This document shows positions 59,201 through 64,000 of a DNA stretch of 64,000 nt, one piece after another; the stretch's first letter is position 1, and each line of letters opens with the position of its first letter. The translations under genes were made by a program, and so were the position numbers. This stretch comes from Lingula anatina (taxonomy: Eukaryota > Animalia > Brachiopoda): assembly GCA_051362555.1 (NCBI GenBank), contig CM120643.1, positions 19,224,848-19,288,847 of the forward strand, written 5' to 3'. The notes below the pieces were generated by a model. That model had not been told where the DNA came from. It did not search any database and saw only the letters and a list, made by a program, of their open reading frames with translations.

Positions 59201-61891
59201 CAAGTAGTTTACCGCGTTTCATTCATACCTGACATTTACGCCTAAAGTCCTGTTTCGTTAAATATAGTGTCGAGTGAGATCTTCGTCGATAATAAACGTA
59301 ACTTAAAGAGGGAAGCTTATCTCACGCACAATCCGGTATGATTTTAGTAACGTAGCGTGATTTGTTTTACTTCACTCTCTTTCGCAGACTTCGTCCACTG
59401 CAATAATTCACTTCTGGTTTCAAAATTACACTTTTGTCAACAACTTTGTGACAATCAATATGAAAACCTTGGCACCTTGGTTTAAACCGCATCCACTTTT
59501 TACGTTTCAAAATATATCTGAAAATATTAAAATAGATTCCGTGTGCTTGCCGCGTGACAGGAGAGTACGTTTGTGCAAGCGACTAAAAGGCTTGGGACAC
59601 GTGTAGGAGGCTGTTCTTAAGGAAGGAGGGCGCGTACAGATGGCTGTACAGAGGGCCGGGGCAGACAGGGGAGGGCAGCAGTGAACGTCTGCATGGCCTG
59701 ATACTACAGGGACATCTATACCATCAGCTGGGGACTACAGTGACCACTGCCACCCTGCCACGGGCTGTAAAGTACAGTGATGGCCAAACAGTGACTGAGA
59801 AGAAAAAAGAGCTCGCTCTCTGTCAAATGTTTTATTAACTAAACGTTGGTGAAGAGATGGAGTTGCAACAGCTCACCTTTAGTTAACCCCGCCACAAGTG
59901 CTAAGGCTCTCCGCGGCGTCCTCGCGTGTGACATGCAGCTTATATGGACAGAGCTGAACAAAGGGCAGGTGGTGAAGAAAACTGACAATGGATAGAAGAC
60001 GTTTTTCCAAAAGAAACTAGAAAAAGAAACTGAGAATTACAAAACTGGGTGACATTTTACGGTGACGTTAGCCAGTCTGTGACGTTGGATTCATGAAGAG
60101 TCCAACACTAACATTTTACTTGCATACGTAAATTTCGTAGTGTTGCACATAGAGGAGAGAGCTGCTAAGTAATATGGTTCCTGGAGTGAGACATAATAAC
60201 CGGGTCTTTAATAAGTGTTCCGTGCACCACGGCTGTATTGACAGAACACCTGCCATCTTACAGTGTAGTGATACGACTAGACTCTAAAAATCAAGATCGG
60301 AAACGGAGCAGACATTGAGTGGGAAGACAAGGTGTAAATGATAGAGTTGGTTAACCCAGACTTTGGCGACACTATTTTTGTTGAGTTACCACTCACAAAA
60401 GAGGAAGAGGAATCAAAAGATCCGAGAGATATGCCGCATGCCTGCCCAAAATCACGACTCTTTTCATAAAAAAATAAAAAGAGATCCGTTGAAAGAAATG
60501 CAATGAGGGAAAATGAAGATCTAGAGTGACGAGCTGACTGTCAGCGCATTTTTCTTTACTAAACTGAAAGAAAAAAAATAACCAGTTGTGATTCATCGCC
60601 AGAATTTGAAAGATGTACCTGCACTGTAGACGTAAACAACCTAAGACCACCATTTAGTGATATGATGCCGCAGTGAAGAATTACCCGATTCGTTTTTATC
60701 ATACACATTTCGTTCTACTCCACAGTCTGTGCCATTTCTTTACGTGAAGTCTCGTTATTTGACACTACCAGCATGCTCAGGTGATTCTGCACATCGCCTT
60801 TGAAAAGAAACAAAACATGCCAAAGGGCGGAATGTTTAAAAGACAAGGACAGAAACATAAGGCGGCCGGCGGTGAGTAAATGATGACACATTCTTATGGT
60901 AATTAAAGTACGCTCACATCTATGGTCACATCCATTACAAAATCAGTACCATATATATTTTTGTTTTGTTTTATGACGTACTTAAAATGGGACACGGACT
61001 TAAGAAAGAGAAAGAGAGAGAGAGTGGGGAGAGAAGGGGGGGGCGATTTTTGGTCAGAAGTAAACTGGATAGGCCCTTGTCTCACCTGGGTCAATCTCAA
61101 AGCCAAATTTGTTTGCTGTGAAGGTTTTCCTTATAATGCTTGGTGGTAAACAAATAATGCTCACTGAAATCTTGTCAAGTGTCGTCTGCCACAAAATATA
61201 ACATGATGACCCTTTTCAAAACTGTTACAAAAATGTACGTACCATCGTCAGCTCTCTAGTACCAGATGAGTTGGACTGATTGCATTAATCACGTGTTTTC
61301 TATTACACAAATTGCGTCTGTACAGTAATATTTGAATAATAATTTTTCTTTATGGTATTAATGTAGTCCACATGGTACTGGTCACTACCTTCTTTAATTT
61401 TTTTCCTCTCCAGGCTCTGTATTATCTAAGCCATCTGGGGGTCAAGCGATGACTAAGAATTATTTATCGCTGACCAGTTTTAACTAGACCTCAGGTGCCA
61501 AGTGTGCGCTTTTAAATGTGCGTTAACATTATTTCCAAATGGACATACATGTTCGAAATATTGTGCTCCATTTTAGAAAAAAAGTTGTCAGACGACAGCG
61601 TTCGTAGATTTGCCTACGAAATCAAATGTGCCATGAAGTGGAAATAGGAATATCAGATTGAGGTCTGAATCAGAGGAGATGACCGCTGACAGGTGGAGTG
61701 AACAAGGACTGGTCAGAAATAGTAGTCCGCAAGTCATTTTCCCTGTACTACGCACAGATGGCATTCATCCCATATACTAACCCCGATAGGTCCTACATCC
61801 AGCTTACTCTAACCTGTGCAAATCATATGGGGTCCCGGAATTCCATTCCTAGGAATACAATTCCTGTCACACAGGCTAACCCTAACTTGTT

Positions 61892-62059
61892 CAGGGGCGG
61901 ATTTAGGCCGTCTTCTGGGTCTTCCGGAAGACGTTCAGATTTTCAAGTTTACTTTGACAGGAATCTAATTTTTTCTGTCGGAAGACGGTCAAAAATGGAG
62001 GATGGATCAACAAAGATAGTTTGGAAGACTGTTAGAAAATATCTCTGGATCCGCCCCTG
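61892..62059. mobile_element. 168-bp MITE with CAGGGGCGGAT...ATCCGCCCCTG termini
   Basis: Perfect 11-bp TIR; flanks CTTGTT / ATTGTT; same terminal motif as the 9513 element; internal GAAGAC repeats. Confidence 0.8.
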
Positions 62060-62327
62060 ATTGTTCTAATCGTACGAGCCCAGGAATTCCATCCCTACGA
62101 TAATCGTATAATTGTAAAGGCTGTGGAGTAGGCTACTTGGCCTGGAAGCAGCAGGCGCAGAGATGATCAGGGCAAACCCCAGCTGGCACGGTACAGAGTC
62201 AAATGTCGTCTGCTTGTATTCCATTCTTTAGTGGAAAGACTGTGATGACGATCAGCAAACTTTATTGACGTAATCACAGACTTGGGCTGTAAACTTATGT
62301 GTTTCTCAACAGACACTGGTTTGTTGT

Positions 62328-62364
<37 letters not shown>

Positions 62365-63134
62365 TCATGGAAAGGACATATATGTATATAGGTGTATGTA
62401 TAAAGCTGTTTTTATTACAAAATTCAATATTTATGAATCATAAAACTAATATAAGTCCACGCAAAAAAATAAACTGTTCAAGACAAGTCAACTCAGTCCC
62501 TGTAGCGAGTAAGAACGAAAATATGTTAATGATGTTAATCTTTGGTCTCCTGGCCTAAGGCTGCGTCTTTTCTCTGGTCTCCCACGACAAAAACTTAGAC
62601 AAGGTGGACGGATAAGTTAACTGACAGGGTTGGAGAAAAGTATATTACTACCCTTAATAACCACGAAGTAACAGTTCCCAACAGTTCAAAATGCGAGTAG
62701 ATCATTCTTTTTATTATCTTACCAAAAAATAATAAACCATTTTATCAGAATTATATGAGGAAGATAATAGTAAAAGGGCAGAAATTTCCACTGCTTTATT
62801 ATTTTGGGTGTTTTATCTTTTTTAACTGGTTGATAGATTAATGAGCAACAAAGGGTAAGTGTAACGCACAAGAACTGTCCAAGACCAGCTCCTGGGCTAG
62901 TATAACAGTATTAGGCAACGCACCTTCGGAACACCTTGTATTATATATGCCCTTTGGGCTTTTTGGGGGGCAAAATATATGTGACAGTGTGATATTTCTG
63001 GCGACAAAACCCTATTTTATGTTTGCAAACATCAAACTGTGACATCAGAGGAGTGCAGTCGTTTCAAGAAGACAAGTTTTTCATCACTAAATCTGACAGA
63101 GTGGTACATTTTACACAGATTTAAATAAGCCTCT

Positions 63135-63560
63135 TCAAAAGTAAAGCAGACGACAGTACGAGTGACATCCAGCTTTTGTAAGCGTGATTATCGTTACACG
63201 GCTTAGGTTTTGGTACAGTTCCCGAAGTCTCCGTTTATTTATGGAGATAATTTCTAAATAATAGTTGACTGTATTATTGCGACCACGGAGGTCTGCATTT
63301 ATCATAACAGTATAGCGTGTTGGAGTGTCAGCTGAACCACAATTATGGCGGTCTTGGAGACTCGACAAAATAGATGTCATGCGAGGGCGAGGGATAGGAC
63401 GGGGTCGGATAAGTAAGTATGTTAATTGTTCGTTCGTACAATAAAAAGTGGACATAGCGAAGATGTAGCGAATCAAACTGACCACTTTCAAATGACCACT
63501 TTCACCGGACAATGACGTTGTTTTGCGGCCCATTTGTCGCCAGAGTCATCCGTCTTAAAT
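63135..63560 (-). mobile_element. Decayed Tc1-like transposase N-terminal region
   Basis: ORF 63135-63533 contains RPRMTS...QDRH...RYTV...GRNN...IS..KRRLRE, resembling Tc1 GRPRxTT..QDRxI...RFxTA...ISxxTVRxRLRE. Confidence 0.45.
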
Positions 63561-64000
63561 CAGGGCGCCTGTTGACGGAGGAGATGGCGTAATCAGAGAA
63601 TAAGAAGCGGCGTCATCGCGCATCAATTGTGGACATTATGCGAAAAAATTATGTATCTGTTTCCAGTGTGATTTACGACTTACAAACAGGCATGACAACG
63701 GCTTAAATTGAGCGATGCTGAGTCAGGAAAAGATGAACTACGACGAAAGAAAAAGAGTCTAAGGAGTTTCCTTTTTTTCGGATTGCCACGAGTATTTTAG
63801 AAAGTAAAAACAGATATCTATATACGCAGCAATCAGGAAGTTTGGGGCATTATTATCTGATCAAGAAGGCTACAAAACAGTAAGATCACTATGAGCAGCA
63901 TTCAGTGCATCGTTCTCTCCGCTGGGGGTCAACACGTGGTCAGAAAAGTTGACATGGGAAAGCCAGGTGCGTTCCCATGGAAATCAGCACGAGATCACAC

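Noticed and set aside
62329-62363. Long poly-C run (and poly-G at about 36353-36370) as G-quadruplex elements
   Set aside because: Homopolymer lengths are unreliable in assemblies and there is no functional context.

Overview
AT-rich eukaryotic DNA with GT-AG introns, most likely a lophotrochozoan such as a mollusc (inferred from the myosin-chitin synthase fusion). Two intact spliced genes on the + strand were assembled by hand with consistent exon phases. (1) An 8-exon, single-domain, signal-peptide-bearing glycoside hydrolase family 1 beta-glucosidase (7901-15298, 512 aa). (2) A 30-exon myosin-motor chitin synthase (26855-55485, about 2727 aa). The synthase has a basic-then-acidic N-terminal extension, a long loop 2, one IQ motif plus an ER/K helix, a linker of repeated RxxS/T motifs, a QRKRW variant of the QRRRW motif and a His-rich patch. 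Mobile DNA is abundant: a full-length dead Tc1 element, an 8-bp-TSD DNA transposon carrying a LINE 3' fragment (both in GH1 intron 4), a 3.7-kb Helentron/HINE-type element holding about 17 copies of a 146-bp satellite with a DR1 nuclear-receptor motif, several MITEs and Tc1 remnants. The least explained region is 5468-7010: two 140-bp direct repeats enclose three co-oriented degenerate tRNA-like units and a diverged 93-bp repeat pair. All coordinates and counts were read by eye; no database searches were run.
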